Shown here: piece by piece, positions 42,489 through 53,883 of the stretch
How positions within the stretch are numbered: the stretch's first letter is position 1
Layout of the letters: every line of letters starts with the position of its first letter
Assembly: GCA_963695875.1 (NCBI GenBank)
Contig: CAVOID010000004.1
Coordinates: forward strand, 246,151-310,150
Direction of reading: 5' to 3'
Length of the DNA: 64,000 bases
Source: an uncultured delta proteobacterium
GTDB lineage: Bacteria; Desulfobacterota; Syntrophia; Syntrophales; UBA2185
Translations under genes and position numbers: made by a program
The notes under the pieces: generated by a model
What the model saw: the letters and a program-made list of their open reading frames with translations, nothing else
What the model was told of the DNA's origin: nothing
Database searches by the model: none

Positions 42489-43826
42489 ATGATTTGGAAA
42501 GAAGAGTATAAAAAGAAACTGGTTTCGCTGGAAGAAGCAGCAAAGCAAATAAAATCGGGTGATTTCGTCGGCATCGGTCTTGCTGCAGGAGCATGCTCGC
42601 CCGATTTTTTCCATGCCGTTCTTGACCGATGGCAGGAACTCGAAAATGTGACAATTTCTGACACGGTTCCCGTCCGTCCCACTAAACTTTACGATCTGGA
42701 ATACATGTTGAAACTGGATGGACATATCAACTTTCACCCAAGTTTCGGCATGCCCCTGTCGCGGAAGATCATAGAGTCACGTTTTTGTGATTTTTACCCG
42801 GAACAGAGTCATGATCTGGGGGAGCGTTACGGCACGTGGTCGGACGTCTATATCTGCCAGGTAACCCCGCCCAATGAACAGGGTTATGTCAATCTCGGAT
42901 TGACCAACTTTTATTCCATGAGAGCGATAAGATTAGGGAGGGCATCAGGAAAACAGCGCCTCACAATAGGTGAAGTCAATGATCAACAGCCGATCGTGTA
43001 TGGCGAAAATTGGCTGCATATATCTGAGTTCGACTTGTTTTTCGAGAACTCTAAACCGGTACCCAAGCTTAACAGGGCTGTGCCCGGGGAGCGCGAAAAG
43101 AAGATCGGAGAGTATTGCCTGGAACTAATCAATGACGGGGACACCATCCAGATGGGTATCGGGCAGATACCTGAAGCGGTCGTTGCCGGTCTTGAGGGCA
43201 AGCATGACTTGGGCGTGCATACTGAGATGTTCCCCATCGGACTGCCACATCTTATCGAAAAGGGCATTGTGACCAACGAAAGGAAGCCCTTCCATAAAGG
43301 AGTCACCGTGGCTACTTTCTGTTTGGGTGATCAGGGCATGTACGATTACATACATGAAAATCCTACATGCTTGATCCATCCTGTCGGCTATACAAACAAC
43401 CCGTCATTTGTGGCACAGTTCCCGAACATGGTGGCCATGAATATGGGCCTTATGATTGATTTCAGCGGCCAAATCAATTCTGAAGGCATAGGCCATAGGA
43501 TGGTCAGCGGATCCGGCGGACAGCTGGACTTTCAGTTCGGTGCGTTTCATTCTAAAGGGGGTAAGGCCATCACGCTGATGTATTCTTCGCGGATGAAGGA
43601 TGGGAAATTACTCACATCCATTGTACCGGAAATGCCCACGGGCTCTCCCATTACAGTTCCCAGGACATACGCCCATTATGTGGTGACGGAATACGGTATT
43701 GCCGATCTGCGGTATAAATCGAGAAGGCAGCGTGCCGAGGCGCTGATCAACATCGCTCATCCTGATCTTAGAGAAGAACTCAGGGCTACGCTGAAGAAGA
43801 ATTTCTATATGCAGGGCAAAAGCTGA
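42489..43826 (+). CDS. Acetyl-CoA hydrolase / 4-hydroxybutyrate CoA-transferase-family protein
   Basis: DGDTIQMGIG, GVHTEM (catalytic Glu), GSGGQLDF, VVTEYG and IAHPD motifs. Confidence 0.92.
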   Translation: MIWKEEYKKKLVSLEEAAKQIKSGDFVGIGLAAGACSPDFFHAVLDRWQELENVTISDTVPVRPTKLYDLEYMLKLDGHINFHPSFGMPLSRKIIESRFCDFYPEQSHDLGERYGTWSDVYICQVTPPNEQGYVNLGLTNFYSMRAIRLGRASGKQRLTIGEVNDQQPIVYGENWLHISEFDLFFENSKPVPKLNRAVPGEREKKIGEYCLELINDGDTIQMGIGQIPEAVVAGLEGKHDLGVHTEMFPIGLPHLIEKGIVTNERKPFHKGVTVATFCLGDQGMYDYIHENPTCLIHPVGYTNNPSFVAQFPNMVAMNMGLMIDFSGQINSEGIGHRMVSGSGGQLDFQFGAFHSKGGKAITLMYSSRMKDGKLLTSIVPEMPTGSPITVPRTYAHYVVTEYGIADLRYKSRRQRAEALINIAHPDLREELRATLKKNFYMQGKS

Positions 43827-43835
43827 AAGGATGGA

Positions 43836-44606
43836 ATGATGAATGTTGGTGACTGCAGTGTGATTATAGCGGGCGGCGCGTCGGGACTCGGAGAGGCCTG
43901 CGTTCGCAGACTGGCATCAGAAGGAGCGAGGGTAGCAATCCTCGACTTTGCCGCGGAAAAAGGGGAGCAGTTGGCGTCTGCACTTGGTTCGAAGGCAATT
44001 TTTGCCAAAGCCGACGTCACAAGCGGTGAAAGCGTCCAGGCGGCTGTCTTGAAGGTGATAGAGTCATTCGGAGGGATCAACGTGGTGATTAATTGCGCCG
44101 GCGTGGCGGATCCGGGAAAGGCCCTCACAAAAAAGGGTCCCATGCCTCTGGCCAATTTCAACCGCGTAGTTCAAATAAATCTGATTGGTACCTTCAACGT
44201 CATCAGGCTCGCCGTTGAACACATGGTAAAGAATGTTCCGAATGCTGAGGGTGAACGGGGAGTAATCATCAACACGGCCTCTGCCGCAGCATTCGACGGA
44301 CAAATAGGCCAGCCCGCCTATAGCGCCTCAAAGGCAGGTGTCGTAGGTATGACGCTGCCCCTGGCAAGAGAGTTTGCGGACTACGGAATCAGAGTTATGA
44401 CTATCGCCCCGGGTCTCTTTAACACGCCGATGATGGCAGGATTGCCCGAGGCTGTGCGCGAGGCTCTTGCAAAGATGCCCCCCTTTCCCCAGCGGCTGGG
44501 ACAACCCCAAGAATTTGCCCAACTGGTGCATCATATCATCGAAAACCCGATGCTCAATGGAGAAGTCATCAGGCTTGATGGAGCGCTTCGGATGGCAGCC
44601 AAATGA
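43836..44606 (+). CDS. SDR 3-hydroxyacyl-CoA dehydrogenase (type II, HSD17B10-like)
   Basis: [23 protein letters not shown] and [14 protein letters not shown] motifs. Confidence 0.92.
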   Translation: MMNVGDCSVIIAGGASGLGEACVRRLASEGARVAILDFAAEKGEQLASALGSKAIFAKADVTSGESVQAAVLKVIESFGGINVVINCAGVADPGKALTKKGPMPLANFNRVVQINLIGTFNVIRLAVEHMVKNVPNAEGERGVIINTASAAAFDGQIGQPAYSASKAGVVGMTLPLAREFADYGIRVMTIAPGLFNTPMMAGLPEAVREALAKMPPFPQRLGQPQEFAQLVHHIIENPMLNGEVIRLDGALRMAAK

Positions 44607-44672
44607 ATTACGGGCGCCAATGGACGGGCGGCATCTAACATTCTTAACGAATTTCAAATAAGGGAGGCGGAA

Positions 44673-45848
44673 ATGCGACGAGTTGCGGTACTTGGTACTG
44701 GCCATACAAAGTTTATGTTTAATTCACCCAAATCAGAAGTGGAGATGCTGGCAGAAGCGTCGATGGACGCCATCACCGGGTCAAACCTGAAGTCCAGGGA
44801 TATACAGGCGATCTTCTGCGGCAATGTTTTGGGGGACTTCTCCGAGGGTCAGGGCATGGTGCAATCATACCTGGCTGATGATATCGGATGCTTCAATGTG
44901 CCGGCCAGCAGGTTTGAAGGAGCATGTGCTTCGGCAACGATGGCAATCAGGGACGCTTTCATGTGGGTTGCATCAGGCTTCTATGACATCGTGCTTGCGG
45001 GCGGAACAGAAAAGGCGACAGCCATGGGAACCGCACTGGCAACCAGGACATTCGCCATGTTCGGGGACAGTCGCTATGAATACCCCGCCGGTTTTACATT
45101 CCCGGGGGTCTTCGGTATGCTGGCCCACCTGTACTCGGACAAATATAAGGTGCCACTGAAGCGACTTAAAGAGCAAATGGCCTTGGTTTCCGTCCAGTCT
45201 CACTATTATGGCAAGAAAAATCCTCATGCGCAGTTTCAAAAGGACATTACTGTAGAACAGGTGTTGAAAGGCTTCATGGTGACGTCGCCACTGCAATTGT
45301 TGGATTGCTGTCCCTTTTCCGACGGGGCCGCGGCACTTGTTCTGGCTTCAGAGGATGTGGCAAAGAAACTTGTCCCCAAACCGGTTTACATTGTCGGGGT
45401 GGGACAGTCATCTTCGGGGAAGATCAGTTCTCAATACAAGTATCTGCCTAGATTGCGAGCCAGAGAGATATCGGTAAAGCAGGCATATGATATGGCTGGA
45501 CTCGGCCCGAAGGATGTTGATGTTTGCGAGCTCCACGACTGTTTCAGCATCGCCAGTATTATTGCAGCGGAAAGCCTGGGCTTCGCGGAATTCGGAAAGG
45601 GCGGAGAGCTCTGGGAAAAAGGTGAGACGAAGATCGGAGGGAAAATTCCTATTAATATTTCCGGAGGTCTGAAATCCAAAGGGCATCCGATCGGCGCCAC
45701 AGGGGCCTCGCAGGTCTATGAAATCGCCCACCAACTAAGAGGAGAATTGAGGGATCAGGAAAGACAGGTGGAAGGTGCGAAGGTGGGTCTCGTGGATACA
45801 CTCGGCGGGGACGGAACGATCATCAACCTTATCCTCAAGATTGACTGA
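44673..45848 (+). CDS. SCP2-type thiolase-family protein
   Basis: EGACAS, DGAAA, ELHDCF and KGHPIGATG motifs. Confidence 0.9.
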   Translation: MRRVAVLGTGHTKFMFNSPKSEVEMLAEASMDAITGSNLKSRDIQAIFCGNVLGDFSEGQGMVQSYLADDIGCFNVPASRFEGACASATMAIRDAFMWVASGFYDIVLAGGTEKATAMGTALATRTFAMFGDSRYEYPAGFTFPGVFGMLAHLYSDKYKVPLKRLKEQMALVSVQSHYYGKKNPHAQFQKDITVEQVLKGFMVTSPLQLLDCCPFSDGAAALVLASEDVAKKLVPKPVYIVGVGQSSSGKISSQYKYLPRLRAREISVKQAYDMAGLGPKDVDVCELHDCFSIASIIAAESLGFAEFGKGGELWEKGETKIGGKIPINISGGLKSKGHPIGATGASQVYEIAHQLRGELRDQERQVEGAKVGLVDTLGGDGTIINLILKID

Positions 45849-45861
45849 AGGAGATCATTCT

Positions 45862-46278
45862 ATGGAATACAAACTTGATTTTAAGAAGTACAGCGATGCC
45901 CTTACGAAAAACAGGTTGCTTGGATTGCGGTGTAATGAGTGTTCTCAATATACGTGTCCCCCTAAGATGACATGCCAGGAATGTGGGGGCCTCGATCTCG
46001 AAATCATTCAATTGAGCGGGAAGGGCGAGATTAGAACCTTTACGCAGACCTTTGTCGCACCCCAGGGGCGGGAATGCGAAGCCCCATACACCGTCGTTCT
46101 GGTTGAACTGGAGGAGGGTCCGTGGATTGCCGGAAATTTGATCGATATTAGTCCTGACGGAGTTAACATGGACCTGATCGGGAAAAAGGTAAAATTGGGG
46201 CATAAAATATTTCCCGGTGATCCATATTCCGCAGGTCCGGCAGCCCGGCCCGTTTTTAGTTTTGTGAAGGAGAAATGA
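45862..46278 (+). CDS. DUF35 Zn-ribbon/OB-fold acyl-CoA-binding protein (thiolase partner)
   Basis: CNEC...PP..CQEC, G.G.I.TFT and PY.VVLVELEEG motifs. Confidence 0.9.
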   Translation: MEYKLDFKKYSDALTKNRLLGLRCNECSQYTCPPKMTCQECGGLDLEIIQLSGKGEIRTFTQTFVAPQGRECEAPYTVVLVELEEGPWIAGNLIDISPDGVNMDLIGKKVKLGHKIFPGDPYSAGPAARPVFSFVKEK

Positions 46279-46279
46279 T

Positions 46280-47437
46280 GTGAATTTAAACCTGACGGAA
46301 GAACAGCGACTCATCCAGGATACGGCGAGAAACTTTGCCAGGGCGGAACTCGAACCGGTGGCGGCGAAACTTGATCAGGAGGGAGATCGGGCAACCTATC
46401 TCAAGAATTTAAGAAAACTCGCTGAACTTGGTCTCATGGGCATAAACGTGAGAAACGAATACGGTGGATCGGAGGCCGGCGTCGTTGCTTTCAGCGTTGC
46501 TGTAACGGAAATAGCCAGGGCATGTGCATCCACGGCGGTCACCGTGTCGGTAAATAACATGGTTTGTGAGGTCGTCCAGTCTGTTGGTTCTGAAGAACAG
46601 AGGAAGGCTTACATACCAAAGATATGCTCGGGAGAATACTATGCCGGGGGGTTTGCCCTGACAGAGACAATGGCCGGATCCGACCCGGCCGGTATGCGTG
46701 CGACGGCTGTGCTGGACGGTAAAGACTGGGTTCTCAACGGCTCAAAGATATTTATCAGCAGTGCGGAATACGCGGGTGTCTTTGTTGTCTGGGCTGTGAC
46801 AGACAAGAGCGCTTCCAAAGGAAAAGGCATCAGCTGTTTCCTTGTAGAGAACGGAGCAAAGGGCCTGACTGTCGGAAGATCCGAGCACAAGATGGGACAG
46901 AATGCCTCGGCGACCAATGAGCTGATTTTCGATGGCTGCCGTATTCCGAAAAATTCGCTCATGGGGAAACTCAACGACGGATTCAGAATCGCTGCATCAG
47001 AACTTGCGGGTGGCCGCATCGGTGTGGGCTCCATGGGGCTCGGCATCGGATTGGCCGCAATGGACTACGCTACAGCTTATGCCAAAGAGCGGAAGCAGTT
47101 CGACCAGGCCATCACAAATTTTCAGGCCATCCAGTGGATGATCGCCGAATCCTATACGGAGCTCGAAGCAGCCAGGCTGCTGCTGATGAACGCAGCTTTC
47201 AAGAAAGAACAGGGGCACCGTTTCGCAAGAGAAGCCTCTATGGCCAAGTATTATGCCACCGAGGCGGCTCAACGAGCCTGTGATTGCGCCTTACAAATGC
47301 TGGGTGGGTATGGTTACACCAGAGAATTTCCAATAGAAAGGTACTTCAGGGATATCCGGATAACCTCCATTTATGAAGGCACAAACCAAATTCAGAGAAT
47401 GATTATTGCACGAGACATCCTCAGCAGCTTGAAATAA
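46280..47437 (+). CDS. Acyl-CoA dehydrogenase (short-chain/butyryl-CoA type)
   Basis: FALTE..GSD, NGSKIFIS, ERKQF, GGYGY and IYEGTNQIQR motifs. Confidence 0.94.
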   Translation: MNLNLTEEQRLIQDTARNFARAELEPVAAKLDQEGDRATYLKNLRKLAELGLMGINVRNEYGGSEAGVVAFSVAVTEIARACASTAVTVSVNNMVCEVVQSVGSEEQRKAYIPKICSGEYYAGGFALTETMAGSDPAGMRATAVLDGKDWVLNGSKIFISSAEYAGVFVVWAVTDKSASKGKGISCFLVENGAKGLTVGRSEHKMGQNASATNELIFDGCRIPKNSLMGKLNDGFRIAASELAGGRIGVGSMGLGIGLAAMDYATAYAKERKQFDQAITNFQAIQWMIAESYTELEAARLLLMNAAFKKEQGHRFAREASMAKYYATEAAQRACDCALQMLGGYGYTREFPIERYFRDIRITSIYEGTNQIQRMIIARDILSSLK

Positions 47438-47566
47438 TTACCGACATTCAAAGATTTTATATGTTCCTGTTAGTGCTATCTATTTCCATACTGTTCCCTA
47501 CCCTATACGCACCCTGCCAAAATAGAAAAGGCGCAATCTTCTGAAATTGCGCCCAATATCATGACT

Positions 47567-47653
47567 TGGTGCCGAAGCCCGGACTTGAACCGGGACGGAG
47601 AAACCCCCACTAGACCCTGAACCTAGCGCGTCTACCAATTCCGCCACTTCGGC
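47567..47653 (-). tRNA. tRNA-Leu (anticodon CAG)
   Basis: GCCGAAGTGGCGGAATTGGTAGACGCGCTAGGTTCAGGGTCTAG...GGTTCAAGTCC...CTTCGGCACCA: 87 nt, long variable arm, encoded CCA. Confidence 0.97.
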
Positions 47654-47776
47654 ACACTTTTTTTAATTAAGAAAAACTACTTGGTTGTCTACACTGATAC
47701 TCAGTGCATTGTCAAGTAAAAATGGACTTGAAATTAGCCACATAAGTGCTATGTTAGCGCGGAAATTAATGGAAGG

Positions 47777-48732
47777 ATGGACACAGCAGATCAGCGGATG
47801 AAAGTCATCAGAGATTTAAATGATATACCCCCTGAATTCCGGGATGCCTTTGTAACAATAGGCAACTTCGACGGCGTCCACCTGGGCCACATCCCCATAC
47901 TGAAGAAACTTATTGACGAAGCCCATAAGGAAAACCGGAAAGCCCTGGTGATTACCTTTGACCCGCATCCGAAAAGGGTTCTGCACCCGCATATCAAGCC
48001 TTTTTATCTGATCACTTCTCTCGAGGAAAAAATCAAACTTCTCGAAGATGCGGGGATTGACGGCTTGATCCTCATCCCCTTTAACCTCGAATTTTCCAAA
48101 ACCACCGCCGAGGCATTCGTCAATCAGATTCTCTGGGACAAGCTTCATATCAGGAAAATCTTTATCGGTCATGACTATACATTTGGCAAGAATAAAGTGG
48201 GGAATGAAGCATTTCTTTCCAACCACGGGAAGAAACTCGGTTTTGCAGTTGATGTCATTCATGCGGTCAAATCAGGTGATGAAATCGTGAGCAGTACCCG
48301 GTTGAGGTACGCCATTCTGAACGGTAATGTCAAAATGGCTCAAGCGCTTTTGGGAAGGCCTTACAATGTCAGTGGCACCGTTGTCCCGGGGAAACACCGG
48401 GGTACTGCTCTCGGAATTCCCACGGCGAATATAAAACCGGATAAAGAATTGCTTCCTGCTCAAGGTGTTTATGCTGTCATTGTCCAATCTGGGAGAAGGA
48501 CCGCTACCAGGGTGTTTTGAATATAGGTTTTAACCCCACCTTCTCTGATAACGAGCTTTCTGTAGAGGTTTTTCTGCTTGATTTCAGGGGAAACATCTAC
48601 GGGAAAAAGCTGAATATCCTTTTTATCGAAAGGATTCGGGATGAAGTCAAATTTGATAAGCCGGAACAGCTGGTAGAGCAGATCAAAAGGGATATTGAGC
48701 AGGCAAAAACAATACTGAAGCCGTACTTTTAA
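47777..48732 (+). CDS. ribF: Bifunctional riboflavin kinase / FAD synthetase; frameshift near 48490
   Basis: GNFDGVHLGH, SSTRLR, GIPTAN, NIGFNPT and RIRDE motifs. Confidence 0.94.
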
Positions 48733-48842
48733 TAGTTGAATTTATTTACTTCTTAATTTTCTTTCGAGTGAAGGTGAAACGTTATTATAAGATTCCGTGT
48801 GCGCTTCGTTCGGAATGACATTGTAAAGGTTTCCTTTCCATC

Positions 48843-49528
48843 ATGAAGATTCAACACCTCCACCGCTGGGATGTCTCGTATAAAGAAGCAGTCTGCATCC
48901 AGCGGAAACTCAAGGAAAGACTAGTTCTTCATGATGAGGCTTTTCCCGGACAGATAGCAACCATTGCCGGCGCGGATATATCCTATTCCACGCAGAGTGA
49001 CCTGTTTTTCGCAGCCGTTGTCCTGCTGGAATACCCGACCATGGCTGTCGTCGAAGAGGCCTGTTTTACCGAAAGGGTTCCTTTCCCGTACATCCCCGGT
49101 CTTCTGAGCTTTCGGGAAGGTCCGGCTGTTCTCAAGGCCTTTGAAATGCTCCACAATGTCCCGGATGTGGTGATTTTCGATGGTCAGGGAATAGCCCACC
49201 CGCGGGGCATTGGCCTCGCGTCGCACATGGGGCTGTTGCTGGACATGCCATCAATAGGCTGTGCCAAAAAAAGGCTGGTCGGGAGTATGGCGATGTCGGC
49301 CATGAGGTTGGAGATTATGCGGATCTCGTGCTGGATGATCAGGTTGTCGGAGCTGCCGTCCGTACCAAGAAAAAGGTAAAACCGGTATTCATATCACCGG
49401 GACATAAAATCGGCACGCGAAAGCCATGGACGTGGTTCTTTCATGCTGCAGGGGCTATAGACTTCCCGAACCGGTCAGAAAGGCGCACCTGGCGGTTAAC
49501 CGGAACGGTTGCAATCAATTGTTTCTGA
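48843..49528 (+). CDS. nfi: Endonuclease V; frameshifted, so the 3' end is approximate
   Basis: AGADIS, FPYIPGLLSFRE, DGQGIAHPR, GCAK and PVFISPGH motifs. Confidence 0.92.
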
Positions 49529-49562
49529 TGATTCCGTAAAAAATCGATCACTGGATTAGAAT

Positions 49563-49772
49563 TGAGGGCTTCGTAAAAAGCTCTAGAGACGAGGCGCAAT
49601 CGGTTCGATAAGCTACACGGTTCGACAGGCTCACCGTGACAAGTCATGTTTGTCGAGACTGTCCTGAGCCAGTCGAAGGGCTCACCATGACAGTATATAA
49701 AGCATGTCCTGAGCCTGTCGAAGGAAGGAATGAAGCGCAACGCAGTATATGGAGCTTTTTACGGAGTCGTCA
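49563..49772. mobile_element. MITE-like element containing nested REP-like palindromes
   Basis: Termini TGAGGGCTTCGTAAAAAGCTC / GAGCTTTTTACGGAGTCGTCA. The interior has TTCGACAGGCTCAC and GTCCTGAGCCTGTCGAAGG units. Confidence 0.65.
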
Positions 49773-50684
49773 CTTCTTGCTGAAATAGACTTCGCATATG
49801 TAGCTTTCCGCCACGCTCTTGGTGTTTTGTGAGTTGATATGAAACTGGACTCCATGGGTTATCCCCGGAGGATCGGCGCTCTTAACATCCTTTAAGCAAC
49901 GTTCTGAAATCCTCGTATATATTTCTCTTTTCCGTATACCACTTTCCCAGTTGATCGGTATTGTTCCTGACAACGACGTATCTCAATTTCCCACCGCCGA
50001 TTTGTGTGCTTTTCCCCGTCCAGCCTTTGGGGGCCTCGTTGTCCCAGATGTAACCGAGGACGGGGGTGTAACAAATCTCCGGAAATCCTGTGGGAGTGAA
50101 AGCGACGTAGAGCTGAATCGCCTGGTCATCCGTATCGGGTTTTCTGACATCACCGCCGTCAGGAAGCCGGGTAACCTTCCACTTCCAGTTCAAATACGGG
50201 TATTCTTTGATGTCAACCTTTATTCCCCTTTTTATACCAAAAGCTGATTCGTTGCTGAACATGTGAAGACAATAGATATCCGATCCTCTTTCAAGTTTTA
50301 TGTAAGGTGTCCCCTTTTTTCTGTCCAGCAGCCAACCAGCGGGAACACCGTTTTGCATCCTGGCAGAGTCAAAACCTGCAACAGGGACGATACTCCGTAT
50401 CCGCCGATATTACGGGCGTGGCAGGGGCTGCCGGAGCAATAGTCTGCGTGCCCGGGGCAGGCGCCGGCGGTGGAGCATCGATATCACAGTTTCAGATGGG
50501 ACCGGAGCTTTCGGTTTTTCCGGTGTAGATGGAGGAACTGAAGTTCCCGGTGGAACCGGAGCCTCACGCGGAACAACCTGACACCTCAGGCTTCTTCGGT
50601 TCTTCGGCTTTCTTGCAGCCTACTGCGTAAATTAATGCTATAAAGAGTAACAAGAGAGATAATTAAGATAAATATTCTTTTCAT
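49770..50684 (-). CDS. DUF3047-like lipoprotein with Pro-rich linker; frameshifted
   Basis: Start overlaps the pyrE stop (ATGA). AVGCKK lipobox, YPYLNWKWKV..LP.GGD, DD.A.Q.YV, GYIWD and W.TEKRN.YEDF motifs. Confidence 0.7.
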
Positions 50685-51277
50685 CGTAAATCACTACACG
50701 GTTCTTCACGCTTTTTGTAGAGATCCATGATCTCTGATCTCGTCAGAACGGCATCGATCCGGTCAACATATTTTTTTATATTCTCCCTGCCTCCTTCCTC
50801 GCGGTCAATGAGAGCAATTACGCGATCGATTACCAGTCCTGCTTCTCTTGCGATTTCTATGGCAGTAATCGTCGATCCTCCTGTGGTTATCACATCGTCT
50901 ATGATCACGACCCTTTCACCGGTTGTGACATTGCCTTCGACAGCTTTCTTTGTTCCGTGATCTTTTACGTCTTTTCTGACAACAAACGATTTAATCGGTT
51001 TATTCTTCTGGTATGAGATGAGAGACAGGGCATTGGCTATGGGGTCCGCACCGAGAGTTAGACCCCCGGCGGCTGATATATCGGCGTCACCAAGCATATC
51101 AAAGAGGATATTCCCGATGAGATACATTCCCTCGGGGTCCATGGTTGTCGTTTTGCAATTGAAATAATAGTTGCTCGTTTTCCCCGAAGCCAGGGTGAAG
51201 GGCGGATTATCTCTGTACTGAAAAGACTTTTCCAAAATAATTTCCGCCAGTCTTTGTTTCATATCGGCATGAGTCAT
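50681..51277 (-). CDS. pyrE: Orotate phosphoribosyltransferase
   Basis: FTLASG.TSNYY, VRK..K.HG and IDDVITTGGS motifs. Confidence 0.95.
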   Translation of the reverse strand: MTHADMKQRLAEIILEKSFQYRDNPPFTLASGKTSNYYFNCKTTTMDPEGMYLIGNILFDMLGDADISAAGGLTLGADPIANALSLISYQKNKPIKSFVVRKDVKDHGTKKAVEGNVTTGERVVIIDDVITTGGSTITAIEIAREAGLVIDRVIALIDREEGGRENIKKYVDRIDAVLTRSEIMDLYKKREEPCSDLR

Positions 51278-53692
51278 TTTGATTCAGTCCTCTTTGATTT
51301 TACCAATTGTTCTACTACCCGCACGGCCTCCACGCCGTCTTTGGCGTAGGATGCGCCGATGGAGGCGGCAAACGCCTTCGTGACAACGGCGCCGCCGACA
51401 ATAAACGGACATGAGAAGCCTTCGCCTTTTGCGAGATCAACGATCTCTTTCATGTTTACCATCGTCGTGGTCATGAGGGCGGAAAGGCCCACCACATCCG
51501 GCTTCGTCTTCTTTATCGCCTCTATGATAACCTCAGCCTGCACGTCTTTACCGAGGTCGATAATTTTGTAGCCGTGATTTCTTAACATCAAGGCGATTAT
51601 GTTTTTGCCGATGTCGTGAATATCCCCTTTCACTGTCGCCAGGATGATAACGCCAATCCCTGCCTCGTCTGTGTCACGTCGGATCAAGGGCTCCAGGCGT
51701 CCGAGGGCGGCTTTCATCGCTTCGGCGCTGGCCATCAACTGGGGCAGGAAATATTTTCTTTGATCAAATAACACACCGACCCGAGTCATCGCCGGAATCA
51801 TGATGTCATCCACGAGCCGGGCAGGGTCTGCTCCCGAGGCAATGGCAGTTTCAACTATATTCGTGATATCTTCCCTGTTTCCTTCCAGGATGGCCTCGTA
51901 CAGCTTCTGGATCGGCGAGGATTCTTTCCGCGGAAGGTGCGGCCTTATCGATTGCAGGCTGTTCGGAGAAATGCCGGATATACAAAGCAGCGTCCCTGTC
52001 TTTCCCAGTGAGCACATTTGCCGCCATCTTTACGCTCATGAGTTCCCGGTCGGTGGGATTGGCAATCGCCATGGTCAGTCCGGAGGATGCGCCATGGCAA
52101 GGAACGTTGTATTCATCCATTTTCTGCCGGGCAGACCGAAAGATACATTGGAAAGCCCGAGGATCGTTCTTATCTTGAAGCTCTTCTGCACCAGGCCACA
52201 GTCTTCAGGGCTTCCGACGCTGCCTGGGGATTCGAGGCCACGGTCATCACGAGGCCGTCTGCGACTATGTCGTCTTTCGTAAAGCCATAACGCCGCGCCG
52301 CCTGGTACACTTCTTTTATGATTTCCTTTCGCCTTGCCGCCGATTCCGGTATTTCATTGTCCGTCACGGGCAGGAGAATGAACATGGCGCCATATTTCGC
52401 GGCGACGGGGAGGAGTTTTTCCATCTTTTCCTTCTCACCGGATATGGAATTTATAAGGGCGCGGCCGGGATAGATCCTGAGAGCTGCCTTTATCGTTTCA
52501 ACATTGGGGGAATCGATGACCAGGGGAAGATCGGTGCTCGTGGACAGCAGATGAATGGCTTTCTTTATGGTGGCAATCTCGTCAATGCCGTGAACGCCGA
52601 CATTCACATCAAGAAGATCGGCCCCCTCCTTTTCCTGGTCCTTTGCCATCTGCCGCACTATAGCCATCTTGCCGTCAAGAAGCTCCTGTTGCAGGGCCTT
52701 CTTTCCCGTCGGATTGATCCTCTCGCCGACGATGAATAACGGACTTTCGGGATCAAATATCTTGAAGCCCCTGGCGGAGCTCACAGCACTGATGGACTTT
52801 CGCACGGGGGCAATCGCCGGGGCATCGCCAACCACTTTCTTTAATGACCTGATATGTTCAGGTGTGGTCCCGCAGCATCCGCCTATGAGGTTGACGCCGG
52901 AGGCGACAAACTGTTTTCCGAACGATGCGAAATCGGCGGGTCCCATATCAAAGACCGTATCTTTGCCTGCCAGCCTCGGCATTCCGGCATTCGGCTTTGC
53001 CACGAGGGGAACCGTGGCATACGGCTTCATGGCGGTAATAAAATTAACCATCGCATCCGGCCCCGTCGAGCAGTTGCAGCCGACGGCATCGGCTCCGAGG
53101 CTCTGCAAGGTGATGAGGGCGGTGACGGGGTCCGTCCCGCTCAGGGTGTATCCGTTATTCCTCGAAGGTCATCGTGACGATGGTAAAATGGTCGGTGATT
53201 TCCTTGACGGCAAGGAGCGCTGCCCGGGCCTCCTGGATGTCCATCATGGTCTCAATCACAAAAAGATCGACACCGCCTTCAAGAAGTCCCTGTACCTGTT
53301 CTTTGAAAATGTCAACGGCCTCATCAAACGACAGGTTGCCGAAGGGTTCGACAAAATGTCCTGTCGGGCCTATGTCGCCCGCGATGAGCATCTTGTTTCC
53401 CACGGCACGCTTCGCCAGAAGGGCGAGCTGCTTGTTTATGTCCGCGACATTTTTTATACCATACTGCGCGAGCTTCATGCGGTTTGCACCGAAGGTACCG
53501 GTGTAGATGATATCCGAACCTGCGTTCTGGTAGGCTGTATGGACACGTGAATCGTCTTCGGGTTTTGCAGGCACCACATCTCCGGACACACACCCGCGGG
53601 CATACACGCGCCTGGAGCTCTGTTCCCGTCGCGCCGTCGAGTATCAGGACTCTTTTATTTAGGAGGTTTATAATTTTCCTTTTGGGATTCAT
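51274..53692 (-). CDS. metH: Cobalamin-dependent methionine synthase core (Hcy-, pterin- and B12-binding domains, no activation domain); several frameshifts
   Basis: LDGATGT, NCSTGP, GGCCGTTP, GERINPTG and GDIHDIGKN motifs over several ORFs. Confidence 0.88.
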
Positions 53693-53761
53693 GACTGTTA
53701 TTTTACGCCCTTCGTCTCATATCAATTTATAATATTACTTCAGCAAGTATATACCTAAGTA

Positions 53762-53881
53762 TGTCATGCCGGACTTGGAACTGCGTCGTAATAAGAAGAA
53801 TTGTCATTCCGAACGAATGTGAGGAATCTTAGTATCAATATTATTAAACATTAAGATTTCTCGCTACTCTCGAAATGACAA
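53762..53881. repeat. TGTC-tagged REP-like palindromes (inverted pair)
   Basis: TGTCATGCCGGACTTG, then TGTCATTCCGAACGAATGTGAGGAATCT ... AGATTTCTCGCTACTCTCGAAATGACA. Confidence 0.7.
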
Positions 53882-53883
53882 CA

